Counted from the first letter of the stretch, positions 39,666 to 49,611 are shown. The stretch is DNA of 64,000 nucleotides from an uncultured Nitrospiraceae bacterium (GCA_963727775.1 CAVSHB010000002.1:704001-768000); one strand, 5' to 3'. Program-made: numbers and translations. The notes: a model not told the origin generated them from the letters alone.

Positions 39666-41336
39666 ATGCGATTTTCGAAGATGCTTATACCGACATTGAG
39701 GGAAGTCCCTGCCGACGCAGAGGCAATAAGTCATATACTCATGTTAAGGGCTGGCTATGTGAGACAGCTTGCAGCCGGACTTTATATTTCCCTGCCGCTC
39801 GGCCTCAGGGTCACAAGGAAGATACACAGAATCTTGCGCGAAGAGATGGCCGCCATAGGCGCGCAAGAGATCACGCTGCCCGCGCTGCACCCGGCTGAGA
39901 TATGGCAGGAGACCGGAAGATGGTATGAGATCGGTGATGAGATGTTCAGGCTGAAGGACAGGTCAGGCCGTGATATGTGTCTCGGCATGACCCATGAAGA
40001 GATAATGACGTGGCTTGCCGCGAGAGAAATCCGGTCTTACAGAGACCTGCCTCAGGTCTGGTATCAGGTCCAGACAAAATTAAGGGATGAGGCCAGACCG
40101 AAGAGTGGCGTGCTCAGGACAAGAGAATTCATAATGAAAGACAGCTACAGTTTTGACGCTGACGAAGAAGGTCTCGAAAAGAACTATCAGCTCCATGCAG
40201 AAGCCTATCACAGGATCTTTTCAAGATGCGGGTTGAAGTATTACATGGTCCACTCGGATCCGGGCATGATGGGCGGCGCGACCTCTCACGAGTTTATGGC
40301 CCCGAGCGCGGCAGGTGAAGATGAAGTCGTGCTTTGCGATTCCTGCGGATATGCCGCCAATATGGAACTTGCCCTTTCGAATCCGAAGGCGATAGAAATA
40401 ATGGATTGGGAGTTGGAAGAGGTCCATACGCCCGAAAAGCGCACTGTTCAGGAGGTATCGAACTTCCTGAAGCTGAAACCCGAATATTTTATCAAGAGCC
40501 TGCTGCTTATCACGGACGACGGTCCTGTTCTTGCCCTTATGAGGGGAGATCAGGAGGCACACGAAAAAAAGCTCAACAGGATCATAGGCAGACACAGACC
40601 GGCGCAGAAGAGTGAGGTCAAGGAGATACTCGGCGTGGAGGCGGGCTTCATAGGACCTATGGACCAAAAGATCAGGATTATTGCAGATAACTCGATTAAA
40701 GAAGGCGTCTATGTAAGCGGCGCTAATAAACAACATTATCATGTGAAAGGAATAAGGCCGGACAGAGATTTTTCCGCCGAATGGCATGATATAACCCTTG
40801 CAAGAGACGGGGACTTGTGCGCGAAGTGTAATTCCCCCATAAGGATCGAAAAAGTGATCGAGATAGGCAATATCTTCAAGCTCGGCACAAAATACTCCGT
40901 CCCTTTAAATGCGCTCTATCTCGATGAGAAAGGGAGTGAGAAGCCGGTTGTCATGGGAAGTTATGGAATAGGGCCAGCAAGAATCGCTGCGGCTGCCATA
41001 GAACAAAACTACGACAAAGACGGGATCATATGGCCTAAGACCATAGCCCCTTTCGATGTTGTTATCCTGCCGTTGAATATGAATGACGCTAAGACGGTCG
41101 AGCTGGCCGAGAGATTTTACAGGGAGCTGACGGAGAAAGGTATAGAGGTCCTGATAGATGACCGTGAGGAAAGGGCGGGAGTGAAGTTCAAAGACGCTGA
41201 TCTCATAGGTATCCCGACCCAAATTATTCTTGGAGAAAAAAACCTGAAAGACGGTCTGGTGGAGATTAAGGACAGGAAGACAAAGGAAACAATAAAGATA
41301 AAGATTGAAGAAGTGGTGGAGAGAGTGAAAGCTTAA
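39666..41336 (+). CDS. proS: Proline--tRNA ligase
   Basis: MRFSK start with AAGGAG RBS; THEE, RDEARP..REF, GSYGIG, DADLIG. Confidence 0.96.
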   Translation: MRFSKMLIPTLREVPADAEAISHILMLRAGYVRQLAAGLYISLPLGLRVTRKIHRILREEMAAIGAQEITLPALHPAEIWQETGRWYEIGDEMFRLKDRSGRDMCLGMTHEEIMTWLAAREIRSYRDLPQVWYQVQTKLRDEARPKSGVLRTREFIMKDSYSFDADEEGLEKNYQLHAEAYHRIFSRCGLKYYMVHSDPGMMGGATSHEFMAPSAAGEDEVVLCDSCGYAANMELALSNPKAIEIMDWELEEVHTPEKRTVQEVSNFLKLKPEYFIKSLLLITDDGPVLALMRGDQEAHEKKLNRIIGRHRPAQKSEVKEILGVEAGFIGPMDQKIRIIADNSIKEGVYVSGANKQHYHVKGIRPDRDFSAEWHDITLARDGDLCAKCNSPIRIEKVIEIGNIFKLGTKYSVPLNALYLDEKGSEKPVVMGSYGIGPARIAAAAIEQNYDKDGIIWPKTIAPFDVVILPLNMNDAKTVELAERFYRELTEKGIEVLIDDREERAGVKFKDADLIGIPTQIILGEKNLKDGLVEIKDRKTKETIKIKIEEVVERVKA

Positions 41337-41389
41337 GTTTATTGACATAAGCAAATCCGGATTCTTATTTAAAAACTAACGAGGAAGAT

Positions 41390-42457
41390 ATGGAAGACAT
41401 GCAATATTGGATACTGAAAAAGGAAAAGTTTAACGACTTCATCTCAAGACTTTCTCAGATGCAGAAGCTGGTTGCTCCTGTTTCAAAGGGGTACAATAAC
41501 TTTGCATTCGAAGAAGTTACCACGGCCGCTGAGATCTCGCTCGTATATATCCCGACCGTACTGCCGCTGAAGAAATTCTTTATGCCGCAGCGTGAGACCC
41601 TACTGAAGTTTAAAACGGCCAAGGGGGCTAACGCTGAAGCCGTTGTCGAATATGAACCGATGACAATCTTCGGTGCTCACACCTGTGATCTTGCCGGTAT
41701 CCAGTGTCTCAATATGGTATTTTCCGAACGGCCGAAAGATTACAATTATCTGACGCGCAAGCACAAGATAACATTGATCGGATTGGAATGTAATGATTAT
41801 TGTGATGAATATGCGAGTTGTCATCTGGTAAATGCAAGTTTTCCCAGCGGCGGATACGACCTTTTTTTCACGGATTTGGGGGATTATTTCATCGTCCATG
41901 TCAATACCCAGACAGGAGATGACATAGTCGATGCAACCGGATTTTTTGAAAAGGCTGACGGGTCGCATATGAATGATCTGGAAAGATTGCGCGATCATAA
42001 GAGAAAAGTGTTCAATAACGAAGTCCCTATAGAAGGCAAGTATATACCGGAATTGTTCGACAGGTCTTTCAGGGCGCCGGTATGGAAAGACCTGAACGAA
42101 CGGTGCCTGGCATGCGGAAATTGCACGAATGTATGTCCGTCATGCTACTGTTTTGACATACGTGATGAGCTTGATCTGAGCCTGAAACGCGGGGTCAGGT
42201 ATCGCGTCTGGGATTCCTGTCAGCTTGAACCGTTCGCCAAAGTCGCCGGCGGCATAAATTTCAGGAAAGAGCGCTCAACAAGGCAGAGGCACAGGTATTA
42301 CCGTAAATTCAGGTATCCCGTCGACAAATTTTCGCGGTTCTTCTGCACAGGGTGCGGCAGATGCACCCGCACATGCATGGCCCGCATCAGCCTTAAAGAG
42401 ACCCTCAATGAACTGATAAAAGAGAGCGAGGACAGAGTATGGAAAAAGTGGCTTTAA
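41390..42457 (+). CDS. Sulfhydrogenase-type beta subunit (4Fe-4S dicluster)
   Basis: CLACGNCTNVCPSCYCF, CTGCGRC. Confidence 0.88.
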   Translation: MEDMQYWILKKEKFNDFISRLSQMQKLVAPVSKGYNNFAFEEVTTAAEISLVYIPTVLPLKKFFMPQRETLLKFKTAKGANAEAVVEYEPMTIFGAHTCDLAGIQCLNMVFSERPKDYNYLTRKHKITLIGLECNDYCDEYASCHLVNASFPSGGYDLFFTDLGDYFIVHVNTQTGDDIVDATGFFEKADGSHMNDLERLRDHKRKVFNNEVPIEGKYIPELFDRSFRAPVWKDLNERCLACGNCTNVCPSCYCFDIRDELDLSLKRGVRYRVWDSCQLEPFAKVAGGINFRKERSTRQRHRYYRKFRYPVDKFSRFFCTGCGRCTRTCMARISLKETLNELIKESEDRVWKKWL

Positions 42458-43275
42458 AAGATTCCAGTTATAGATTAAAAAAGGCAAAGATCCTTCATAC
42501 AAAAAAGCTGACTGCCAATGAAAAGTTTTTTGAGCTAGCGCTCAGAGACGGCAGTTCACTCGACCACGAACCGGGACAGTTTATTATGGTCTCTTTCCCC
42601 GGTATCGGAGAAGTACCCATTTCCGTCTGTTCATCTCCCGTGAAACGCGACTCCTTTGATCTCTGTGTCAGGGCTGTCGGCAAAGTCACCAGGAGTCTGC
42701 ATAAATTAAAGTCGGGAAATGAGATAGACATACGCGGACCTTACGGAAAAGGTTTCCCCATAAGGATCCTCGCTGGGAATGATTTATTGATCATCGCAGG
42801 CGGACTGGGTATCGCACCCTTGCGTTCTTTAATTACATATGTCCTCGACAACCGCCGCGATTTCGGAAAAGTCCATATTTTATTTGGCTGCAAGGAGCCA
42901 AAGGACATGCTTTTCGGAGATGAGCTTGAAGGCTGGAATAAGCGCACAGACCTCCATTATGCCTGTACGGTGGACCGTGCAGCCCCTGATTGGGCGGGCA
43001 ATGTCGGTGTAATCACAACGCTGATACCGGGTGTTGATATCGAACCGCAAAGAACGTTTGCTGCAATAGTCGGTCCTCCGGTCATGTATAACTTTGTCAT
43101 AAAAGAGCTGTTGGCCAAGGGAATTCCCGAGCGTCAGATCCTTTTGTCCTTCGAGCGCAACATGAAATGCGGCAATGGGAAATGCGGCCGCTGCCAGATC
43201 CAGAACCTCTATGTTTGCCAGGATGGGCCGGTTTTTAATTATGAACAAATCAAAAACTTGAGCGAGGCGTTTTAG
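42439..43275 (+). CDS. Sulfhydrogenase-type gamma subunit (FAD/NAD(P), 2Fe-2S)
   Basis: PGQF, GGLGIAP, MKCGNGKCGRC, CQDGPVF. Confidence 0.88.
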   Translation: MEKVALKDSSYRLKKAKILHTKKLTANEKFFELALRDGSSLDHEPGQFIMVSFPGIGEVPISVCSSPVKRDSFDLCVRAVGKVTRSLHKLKSGNEIDIRGPYGKGFPIRILAGNDLLIIAGGLGIAPLRSLITYVLDNRRDFGKVHILFGCKEPKDMLFGDELEGWNKRTDLHYACTVDRAAPDWAGNVGVITTLIPGVDIEPQRTFAAIVGPPVMYNFVIKELLAKGIPERQILLSFERNMKCGNGKCGRCQIQNLYVCQDGPVFNYEQIKNLSEAF

Positions 43276-43276
43276 G

Positions 43277-44017
43277 ATGAAGAAACCAAACGTTGGAATT
43301 TTCGATTTTGCCTGCTGTGAAGGATGCCAGTTACAGATCGCAAACATGGGCGAAGCTGTCCTGGATGTGCTCGGTTCCATAAATGTTCTGGAATGGAGAG
43401 AAGTCATGTCCGAAAAGTGGGGCAAGAACCTGGACATCGCCATCATAGAAGGAAGCATTACAGACCCGCATGCAGTTAAACGCATACAGCAGATACGGAA
43501 AAAAGCAAAGGTCCTCATTACCATCGGTTCCTGTGCAACAATAGGCGGGGTAAACGGCATGAAGAACAACTTCGACCTTAATGATATCAGACAGTATGTT
43601 TATGGAGGCAGCTACAGGTTCTTCCCGACAGAATTGACAAAGGCCGTTCACCAGGTAGTTAAAGTTGACTATTTTGTCCATGGCTGTCCAATGTATATCC
43701 CGGAATTTGTTACGGTTATAAAGGCTGCTTTGCAGGGTGTCCCTTATTATGTCCCCGATTACCCTGTATGTGTTGAGTGCAAACTTAATGAGAATGTATG
43801 TATGTATGACAGAAAAGTCACATGCCTCGGCCCTGTTACAAAGGCCGGATGCAACTCATGGTGCATAAATAACGGTAATATCTGTTACGGCTGCCGCGGC
43901 ATGGTCAGCAACCCTAATGAAAAAGGGGCTAAGGACGTGCTGGCTAAATACAGGATCCCTATGGAACTTATATTGAACAAAATGAATATGTACAACAAAT
44001 GCAGGGAGCTCGGCTAA
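43277..44017 (+). CDS. [NiFe]-hydrogenase small (delta) subunit
   Basis: CCEGC, GSCA, HGCP, CVEC, CLGP, CYGCRG. Confidence 0.9.
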   Translation: MKKPNVGIFDFACCEGCQLQIANMGEAVLDVLGSINVLEWREVMSEKWGKNLDIAIIEGSITDPHAVKRIQQIRKKAKVLITIGSCATIGGVNGMKNNFDLNDIRQYVYGGSYRFFPTELTKAVHQVVKVDYFVHGCPMYIPEFVTVIKAALQGVPYYVPDYPVCVECKLNENVCMYDRKVTCLGPVTKAGCNSWCINNGNICYGCRGMVSNPNEKGAKDVLAKYRIPMELILNKMNMYNKCRELG

Positions 44018-44018
44018 T

Positions 44019-45350
44019 ATGAAAAAAAACGTGAGTATAAATGTTGAATACCTTACAAGGGTTGAAGGGCATGGAAACATTGTTATCAATGTAAAAGACG
44101 GAAAAATAGAAACCTGCCGTCTGGACATAGTCGAAGCGCCCCGGTTTTTTGAAGGCATACTCCGTGGCCGTTCCATATTCGAAGCCCAGCATATCACGAG
44201 CAGGATCTGCGGTATCTGTGCCTGCGGACATACCCTCGCCTCAATACAGGCAGCGGAGGATGCCCTCGGCATCACTCCGACTGAACAGACAATAAAACTG
44301 AGGAAACTTTTGCTTCACCTCGAAATACTCGACAGTCACATTCTGCATATATATCTTTTAGTCGCCCCCGACCTGCTTGGAGTCAAAAGTTTTGCCCCGT
44401 TGATCAGCAGTCACAATGAAGTTGTCCGCAGGGCTTTACGGATGAAAAAGACCTGTAACGACCTCTGCGATGTTCTTGTTGGCCGCCATGTGCATCCGAT
44501 ATCTGCGATTGTCGGCGGGTTTACAAAATTACCACGATCTAAAGATCTGGACGCAATGCTCAATATGCTCACCGGTATGAGGGCTGATATGGAAGCGACC
44601 GTAGAATTGGCTGCTTCGCTGAGATTCCCTGAATTCGAGCGTGACACCGAATATGTGGGACTTGTGAGCGATGACGCTGAATATCCTCTGTTAATGGGAG
44701 ATATCGGTTCTACAGACGGCGTAAGAATGAATAAAAAAGATTATAAGAATATTACCAATGAGTTTATCGTCCCTCACTCCTCTGCCAAACATGCAAAGCT
44801 CAGCAGGGAATCATATGCAGTAGGCGCATTGGCCCGGTTTAATCTGAATGCTGAAAAGCTGCATCCAAAGGCCAAACAAGTGGCCTCTGCTGTGGGACTG
44901 AAGCCTAAATGCATTAATCCCTATCTGAATACTGTTGCACAATTAATAGAAAGTGTTCATTGTCTTGAAGAGGCAATAGCTATTGTAGAGGATTTGAAGA
45001 GCAAGCCCGTAAATTACGATGAGGAAATCGTTGTCGGGCTGAATGAGCAGCACAGGATTCCCGTAAGAGCCGGCAACGGCGTGGGAGCAGTAGAAGTCCC
45101 AAGAGGTATCCTCTTCCACAATTATCAGACCGATGAAAATGGGATCATTGTAAATGCCAATTGTATTATCCCTACAAATCAGAACACCGGCAATATTGAG
45201 TACGATATGATGAAACTTGTTCCTGAGATTCTTGATAAAAGTGAAGAGGAAATGGCCCTTGCTATTGAAATGCTGGTCAGGGCCTATGACCCCTGTATCT
45301 CATGTTCAACCCATCTTTTGGATATCAGGTTTGTGAACAACAAAGAATAA
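44019..45350 (+). CDS. [NiFe]-hydrogenase large (alpha) subunit, group 3b-type
   Basis: TRVEGHG, RICGIC (L1), DPCISCSTH (L2) plus C-terminal extension. Confidence 0.93.
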   Translation: MKKNVSINVEYLTRVEGHGNIVINVKDGKIETCRLDIVEAPRFFEGILRGRSIFEAQHITSRICGICACGHTLASIQAAEDALGITPTEQTIKLRKLLLHLEILDSHILHIYLLVAPDLLGVKSFAPLISSHNEVVRRALRMKKTCNDLCDVLVGRHVHPISAIVGGFTKLPRSKDLDAMLNMLTGMRADMEATVELAASLRFPEFERDTEYVGLVSDDAEYPLLMGDIGSTDGVRMNKKDYKNITNEFIVPHSSAKHAKLSRESYAVGALARFNLNAEKLHPKAKQVASAVGLKPKCINPYLNTVAQLIESVHCLEEAIAIVEDLKSKPVNYDEEIVVGLNEQHRIPVRAGNGVGAVEVPRGILFHNYQTDENGIIVNANCIIPTNQNTGNIEYDMMKLVPEILDKSEEEMALAIEMLVRAYDPCISCSTHLLDIRFVNNKE

Positions 45351-45368
45351 TTTTATCGGCTTTTATTG

Positions 45369-45554
45369 CTATTTTTCCGAATCTTTTTCTGCAAAAAATT
45401 TCGATAGAAATTCAGCGTCTTTTGGGGGCAAATCAAATTTCAGGCAGGCCTCGCCTACCAGCTTGGACAGGCCTGCGCCGGGGTTTTCGAGCCGCTCATC
45501 CGATATCCATTTGACCGCCCTTCTCAATTGTTCACCTTCCGGTAGAATGCTCAT
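45369..45554 (-). CDS. Small hypothetical protein
   Basis: AAGGAGG RBS; MSILPEGEQLRRAVKWIS. Confidence 0.7.
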   Translation of the reverse strand: MSILPEGEQLRRAVKWISDERLENPGAGLSKLVGEACLKFDLPPKDAEFLSKFFAEKDSEK

Positions 45555-45670
45555 TATTTTCCTCCTTTGAGATAAGTTTTATTTTCAAAAAATCATATGC
45601 CCGACAACTCCCGTATTTAAGTGTGATATATAAAATTATATCAGATTATAACCTACACTATTCACAAGAT

Positions 45671-45770
45671 TGCCGACAGATACATTATTTAAGCGGTTAT
45701 ATTCTTTCGAAGAAAGAATTTACCTCGGAGGCCCGATTCGTACCGGGCCGAGAATGAGCGAGAAAATTCT
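45671..45770 (+). repeat. Structured repeat family, copy 2 (3' outer arm lost)
   Basis: AAGCGG; ATTCTTTC-GAA-GAAAGAAT; ACCTCGGA-GGCCCG..CGGGCC-GAGAATGAGCG; 5' arm nearly identical to copy 3. Confidence 0.85.
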
Positions 45771-45808
45771 GCTCCCGGTGTAATGGCCCATGCCAAGAAT
45801 AGTTATGA

Positions 45809-46189
45809 TCAATGCGCTGAATCTTCCTCTGGGGGAAGCGAGTATTTCAGGACCGATCTTTTTTTCCTCTTCGCCTTTTGCTTTTTTATCTTTTCCCTTT
45901 TAATCCCCTCCGGTGTTGTGTCCTCTGACAATCCCTCAATCCTTTTAATAAGCTCCCTGCGTGCAAGAAAGCGGTTGATCGACTGGCTCCTGTCTTTCAT
46001 GCACTTCACTTCAATACCGGTCGGGATGTGTTTTAGATAGACGCAGGTCGATGTTTTATTGACATGCTGTCCGCCTTTTCCCGAAGAACGGACAAATTTT
46101 TCCTCGAGGTCCTTTTCGTGGATGTTGAGCGCTGCCATCCTTTCCCCCAGCCATCTGTTCTTTTCTTCGCTGACTGCAAAGGTTGTCAT
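45809..46189 (-). CDS. GGQ peptidyl-tRNA hydrolase, ArfB-like ribosome rescue factor
   Basis: RSSGKGGQHVNKT and basic C-terminal tail. Confidence 0.85.
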   Translation of the reverse strand: MTTFAVSEEKNRWLGERMAALNIHEKDLEEKFVRSSGKGGQHVNKTSTCVYLKHIPTGIEVKCMKDRSQSINRFLARRELIKRIEGLSEDTTPEGIKREKIKKQKAKRKKRSVLKYSLPPEEDSAH

Positions 46190-46255
46190 AAGTATTTGTT
46201 TTTCCCTTAATATTATTTGACAGCTATAACTAAGAATGGCTTATAATTTTGGTGA

Positions 46256-46879
46256 TTGGATATTATAATTAAAACAATGAAAGATATTATAAGAATACTG
46301 CCGAATACCTTTATCCCATTGTTTGTCGCGATGAATGTGTTCATGCTCATCCCGATTTTTATATCGATGACCAAAGAGATGACGACACCTAAGAGGCAGA
46401 AAGTCATATTGGACTCGATACTTACCGCTATTATTGTCAGTGTTTCATTCATAGCACTGGGAGAGGTGATCTTTAAAATCCTGGGGATCACCGCGGATGA
46501 TTTCAAGATTGCCGGAGGCCTTTTGCTCCTTGTGCTGGCGATCCTCGATCTCACGCATCACATTGAAGAACGGATGAAACCCGATGTCAAGATGGGTGTT
46601 GTGCCTATCGGCGTCCCTTTAATTGTCGGGCCCGCCGTGCTCACCAATATTCTCTTGCTCGTGGACCATTACGGCATCTTGCCGACGATCGTTTCTTTAG
46701 TGCTCAATCTCTTTATTGTCTGGATATCATTAAAGAACGCCGACGGAATCATAAAGATCGTTGGAAAGGGCGGGATAGTCGGGATATCCAAGGTCATGGC
46801 TTTGCTTCTTGCGTCTATTGCGATTATGATGATAAGGCTCGGCATTGAAAACATCATAAAAATAAGTATAAAAGGCTGA
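46256..46879 (+). CDS. MarC-family membrane protein
   Basis: FKIAGG, VVPIGVPLIVGPA; start uncertain. Confidence 0.88.
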   Translation: MDIIIKTMKDIIRILPNTFIPLFVAMNVFMLIPIFISMTKEMTTPKRQKVILDSILTAIIVSVSFIALGEVIFKILGITADDFKIAGGLLLLVLAILDLTHHIEERMKPDVKMGVVPIGVPLIVGPAVLTNILLLVDHYGILPTIVSLVLNLFIVWISLKNADGIIKIVGKGGIVGISKVMALLLASIAIMMIRLGIENIIKISIKG

Positions 46880-46893
46880 AAGGAGACCGCACT

Positions 46894-47373
46894 GTGCTTA
46901 TCGGTATTATGTCGGACACCCATGACAATCTGGTTCTTGTAAAAAAAGCTATCGGATTGTTCAATGACAGAAAGGTTGGATATGTCATACATGCGGGGGA
47001 CTACACATCACCCTTTACCCTGAAACTCTTTAAGGCGTTGAAATGCAAATATGCAGGCATATTCGGTAATAACGACGGAGACAAGTTGCTTCTCTCAGAG
47101 AGGGCTGAGGGAAATATTCATAATCAGCCCTATATTTTTACGCTGGAAGGCAAAAAAATTGTCGTAATGCATGAGCACAACGTTGCCGATGCGCTTGCCG
47201 ACAGCGGACATTTTGACCTTGTCATCTATGGACACACTCATAAGCCCGAAGTCAGGAAAGTCAATAATACCCTGGTCGTAAATCCCGGCGAAGTGGGTTC
47301 ATGGCTCTACGGTGAACCGACGGTGGCATTGGCGGACCTGGATAAAATGGAAGCGGAGATCATAGGACTTTAA
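46894..47373 (+). CDS. YfcE-like metallophosphoesterase
   Basis: SDTH, HAGD, GNND, GHTH, NPG. Confidence 0.9.
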   Translation: MLIGIMSDTHDNLVLVKKAIGLFNDRKVGYVIHAGDYTSPFTLKLFKALKCKYAGIFGNNDGDKLLLSERAEGNIHNQPYIFTLEGKKIVVMHEHNVADALADSGHFDLVIYGHTHKPEVRKVNNTLVVNPGEVGSWLYGEPTVALADLDKMEAEIIGL

Positions 47374-48281
47374 ACATCAATCCTTGTCAACCCTGCCTCT
47401 TCCGCCAGTTCTATGGCTTTGCCATATTCCTGGGCGGTGATCCTTCTGTCGAGGGGAGGGTGGCCGGATGCCTTGTAACAGGGATGGTACTGGTCCATGA
47501 TATTTATAAGGGTATTTTTTGAAATCCCGGCGATAAATTTTACCACTTCTTCAGTGCCCGCAATTCCTCCGGGCAATACAAGGTGCCTTACGAGCAGCCC
47601 TTTGAGTGCGATACCTTTGTTGTCTATCAATAGATCACCAACCTGTCTGTGCATTTCTTTGAGCGCGGCCTTTGCGGCTTCAGGATATCCTTCCGCCCTG
47701 GAATACTTGAGGGCCATCGCCGGGTCCATATATTTGAAATCGGGCATATAGATATCGACAATCCCATCGAGGATCTCTAATGCGTGGAGAGATTCGTATC
47801 CTCCGCAATTGTAGACGAGTGGAAGTTTCAGCCCTTTTTCGGAAGCGATCAGGAGGGACCTGAGTATTGCCGGCATCTGGTGCGTCGGCGTAACAAGGTT
47901 TATGTTGTGACAACCTTCCTTCTGGAGCGCAAGCATGACATCAGCGAGCTTTTCAAAAGATACCTCCACGCCTTCTCCAAGTTGGCTTATAGAATAGTTC
48001 TGGCAGAATATGCATCCGAGATTGCAATGGCCCATAAAGATTGTGCCTGAACCGAATCGCCCCACCAATGGCTTTTCCTCGCCGAAATGAGCGCCATAGC
48101 TTGATATGAAGGGCTTGCTCCCGGTTTTGCAGAATCCTTTCTCTCCAGCAGTCCTATCAACCTTACAGTTCCTCGGACAAAGGGTACAATCTTTCAGAAT
48201 CTCCTCCGCCTCCCTGAACCTATCAGCCAATACGCCCGGAGGAAGCCGGAGATAGGCCGGAGTGAATGAATAAGTGTCCAT
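47370..48281 (-). CDS. Radical SAM protein, PflX-like
   Basis: CTLCPRNC, HFGEE, CNLGCIFCQN, RHLVLP. Confidence 0.9.
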   Translation of the reverse strand: MDTYSFTPAYLRLPPGVLADRFREAEEILKDCTLCPRNCKVDRTAGEKGFCKTGSKPFISSYGAHFGEEKPLVGRFGSGTIFMGHCNLGCIFCQNYSISQLGEGVEVSFEKLADVMLALQKEGCHNINLVTPTHQMPAILRSLLIASEKGLKLPLVYNCGGYESLHALEILDGIVDIYMPDFKYMDPAMALKYSRAEGYPEAAKAALKEMHRQVGDLLIDNKGIALKGLLVRHLVLPGGIAGTEEVVKFIAGISKNTLINIMDQYHPCYKASGHPPLDRRITAQEYGKAIELAEEAGLTRIDV

Positions 48282-48299
48282 ATTTTTAGTTTACTGTGA

Positions 48300-48515
48300 A
48301 GTAGAAAAATAGGGAAGGTCAGGTGCGATGCAAGGAGCTATTTAACAAGTGACTCTATTTATCCAAAGGGCTCCGCACCCCTAAAATATTCTTTGTTGCG
48401 ACGTGCGTATAGATCATGGTTGTCTGGAGATTGGTGTGCCCTAAGAAAGGCAAAACTGCAAGATTACGAAAACTACATAATTGAAAGACGAATTAACGAC
48501 ATATTCGGACTTTAA
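48300..48515 (+). pseudogene. 5'-truncated cassette ORF remnant
   Basis: Open frame with no ATG, ending ..[10 protein letters not shown]; its TAA lies inside the R'' box of attC1. Confidence 0.5.
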
Positions 48516-48578
48516 CATCGCGCTACACTGGAGCGGCGTGAAACTACCCACGCCTCCCAGTGAGCTTGCGCGTTATGC
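48510..48578 (+). mobile_element. Integron attC site 1
   Basis: CTTTAAC-ATCGC-GCT(A)CACTGG...CCAGTGAGC-TTGCGC-GTTATGC with inner GGCGTG/CACGCC stem. Confidence 0.85.
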
Positions 48579-48592
48579 CGGAAAATAATCAA

Positions 48593-48622
48593 TTGACAGA
48601 AACACAAAACCAGAGGTATGAT
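48593..48622 (+). promoter_or_regulatory. Sigma70-type promoter of the TA cassette
   Basis: TTGACA, 18-bp spacer, TATGAT. Confidence 0.65.
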
Positions 48623-48647
48623 ATAAAGTAATACTGGAGGTGTTTTT

Positions 48648-48890
48648 ATGGGCAAAACAAAAATTGCGATAACGTTGGATGAACAGTACATTGATCAGCT
48701 GGATACATTTGTTAGTAAACATATTTTTCAAAATCGCAGCCAGGCTATTCAGGAGGCTGTAAAGGAAAAACTTGCGCGGATAAAACGCACCCGTCTTGCA
48801 AAAGAATGCGCGAAGCTTGATCCGACCTTTGAAAAGGCAATGGCGGATGAAGGATTAACTGAGGATCTGAGCCAATGGCCCGAATACTAA
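48648..48890 (+). CDS. CopG/RHH antitoxin
   Basis: KIAITLD..NRSQAIQEAV; GGAGG RBS; overlaps toxin. Confidence 0.88.
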   Translation: MGKTKIAITLDEQYIDQLDTFVSKHIFQNRSQAIQEAVKEKLARIKRTRLAKECAKLDPTFEKAMADEGLTEDLSQWPEY

Positions 48891-49213
48891 GGGGTGACAT
48901 TCGATGGGCCGATTTGAACCCTGTACGTGGCCGCGAGCAAGCAGGCTTACGGCCTGTTTTGATTTTAAGCCAGGATATTTTTAATGAAAGGTCGGGGACG
49001 GTTATTGCCGTGGCTTTAACCAGTCAGCCTCAGAAAGCAGGATTTCCATTGACTCTTGAATTAAAAACATCAAATTTACCTAAAGAGTCATGGGTAAAAA
49101 TAAGCCAGATTCGGACGCTTTCCGTCGGGAGAATTGGAAAAATAATCGGAAGAGCTTCTCCTGAGGAAATAGAACAGGTTGTGGACGGATTGAATGAGAT
49201 TATAGGCGCATAA
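48875..49213 (+). CDS. mazF: PemK/MazF-family toxin
   Basis: RGDIRWADLNPVRGREQAGLRPVLILS, SQIRTL. Confidence 0.9.
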   Translation: MARILRGDIRWADLNPVRGREQAGLRPVLILSQDIFNERSGTVIAVALTSQPQKAGFPLTLELKTSNLPKESWVKISQIRTLSVGRIGKIIGRASPEEIEQVVDGLNEIIGA

Positions 49214-49263
49214 CAAATCACTCGTGCGGTCTTTCACTACGTCGCACAGTTCAGTCGTTAGAA
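49208..49263 (+). mobile_element. Integron attC site 2
   Basis: GCATAAC-AAATC-ACT(C)GTGCG...CGCACAGT-TCAGTC-GTTAGAA; contains the toxin stop codon. Confidence 0.85.
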
Positions 49264-49287
49264 AAACAATAAAAGAGGATACCACTT

Positions 49288-49611
49288 ATGAACCAAGTAA
49301 TTGAAACAATTATGAAAAGAAGATCTGTCCGGCTTTAAGAATCAAAGCCAATCCCTGAGAAAATCTTGCAAACTTTAATCGATGCAGGCAATGCAGCCCC
49401 AACAGGCGGAAATGCACAAAACTGGAGATTTGCTCTGCTTGAAGAAGAAAAGAAAGGGGACCTCAGAGGTGTGCATGTTTATAAGTTCAAAATCACATCT
49501 ATCCGGTATCTCCTTTCATACCGAATGATTAAAGCCGGCTTGGAATTAATCATGATTGGTCCGCACGAAAATTATTATCGCGAACTCAAAGGTTATTTGA
49601 AACGAAGATAA
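49288..49611 (+). pseudogene. Chimeric remnant: nitroreductase N-terminus with in-frame stop fused to ParE/RelE-like toxin C-terminus
   Basis: MNQVIETIMKRRSVRL*ESKPIP..AAPTGGNAQNWRF then KKGDLRGVHVYKFK..YLLSY..IGPHENYYRELK. Confidence 0.7.
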
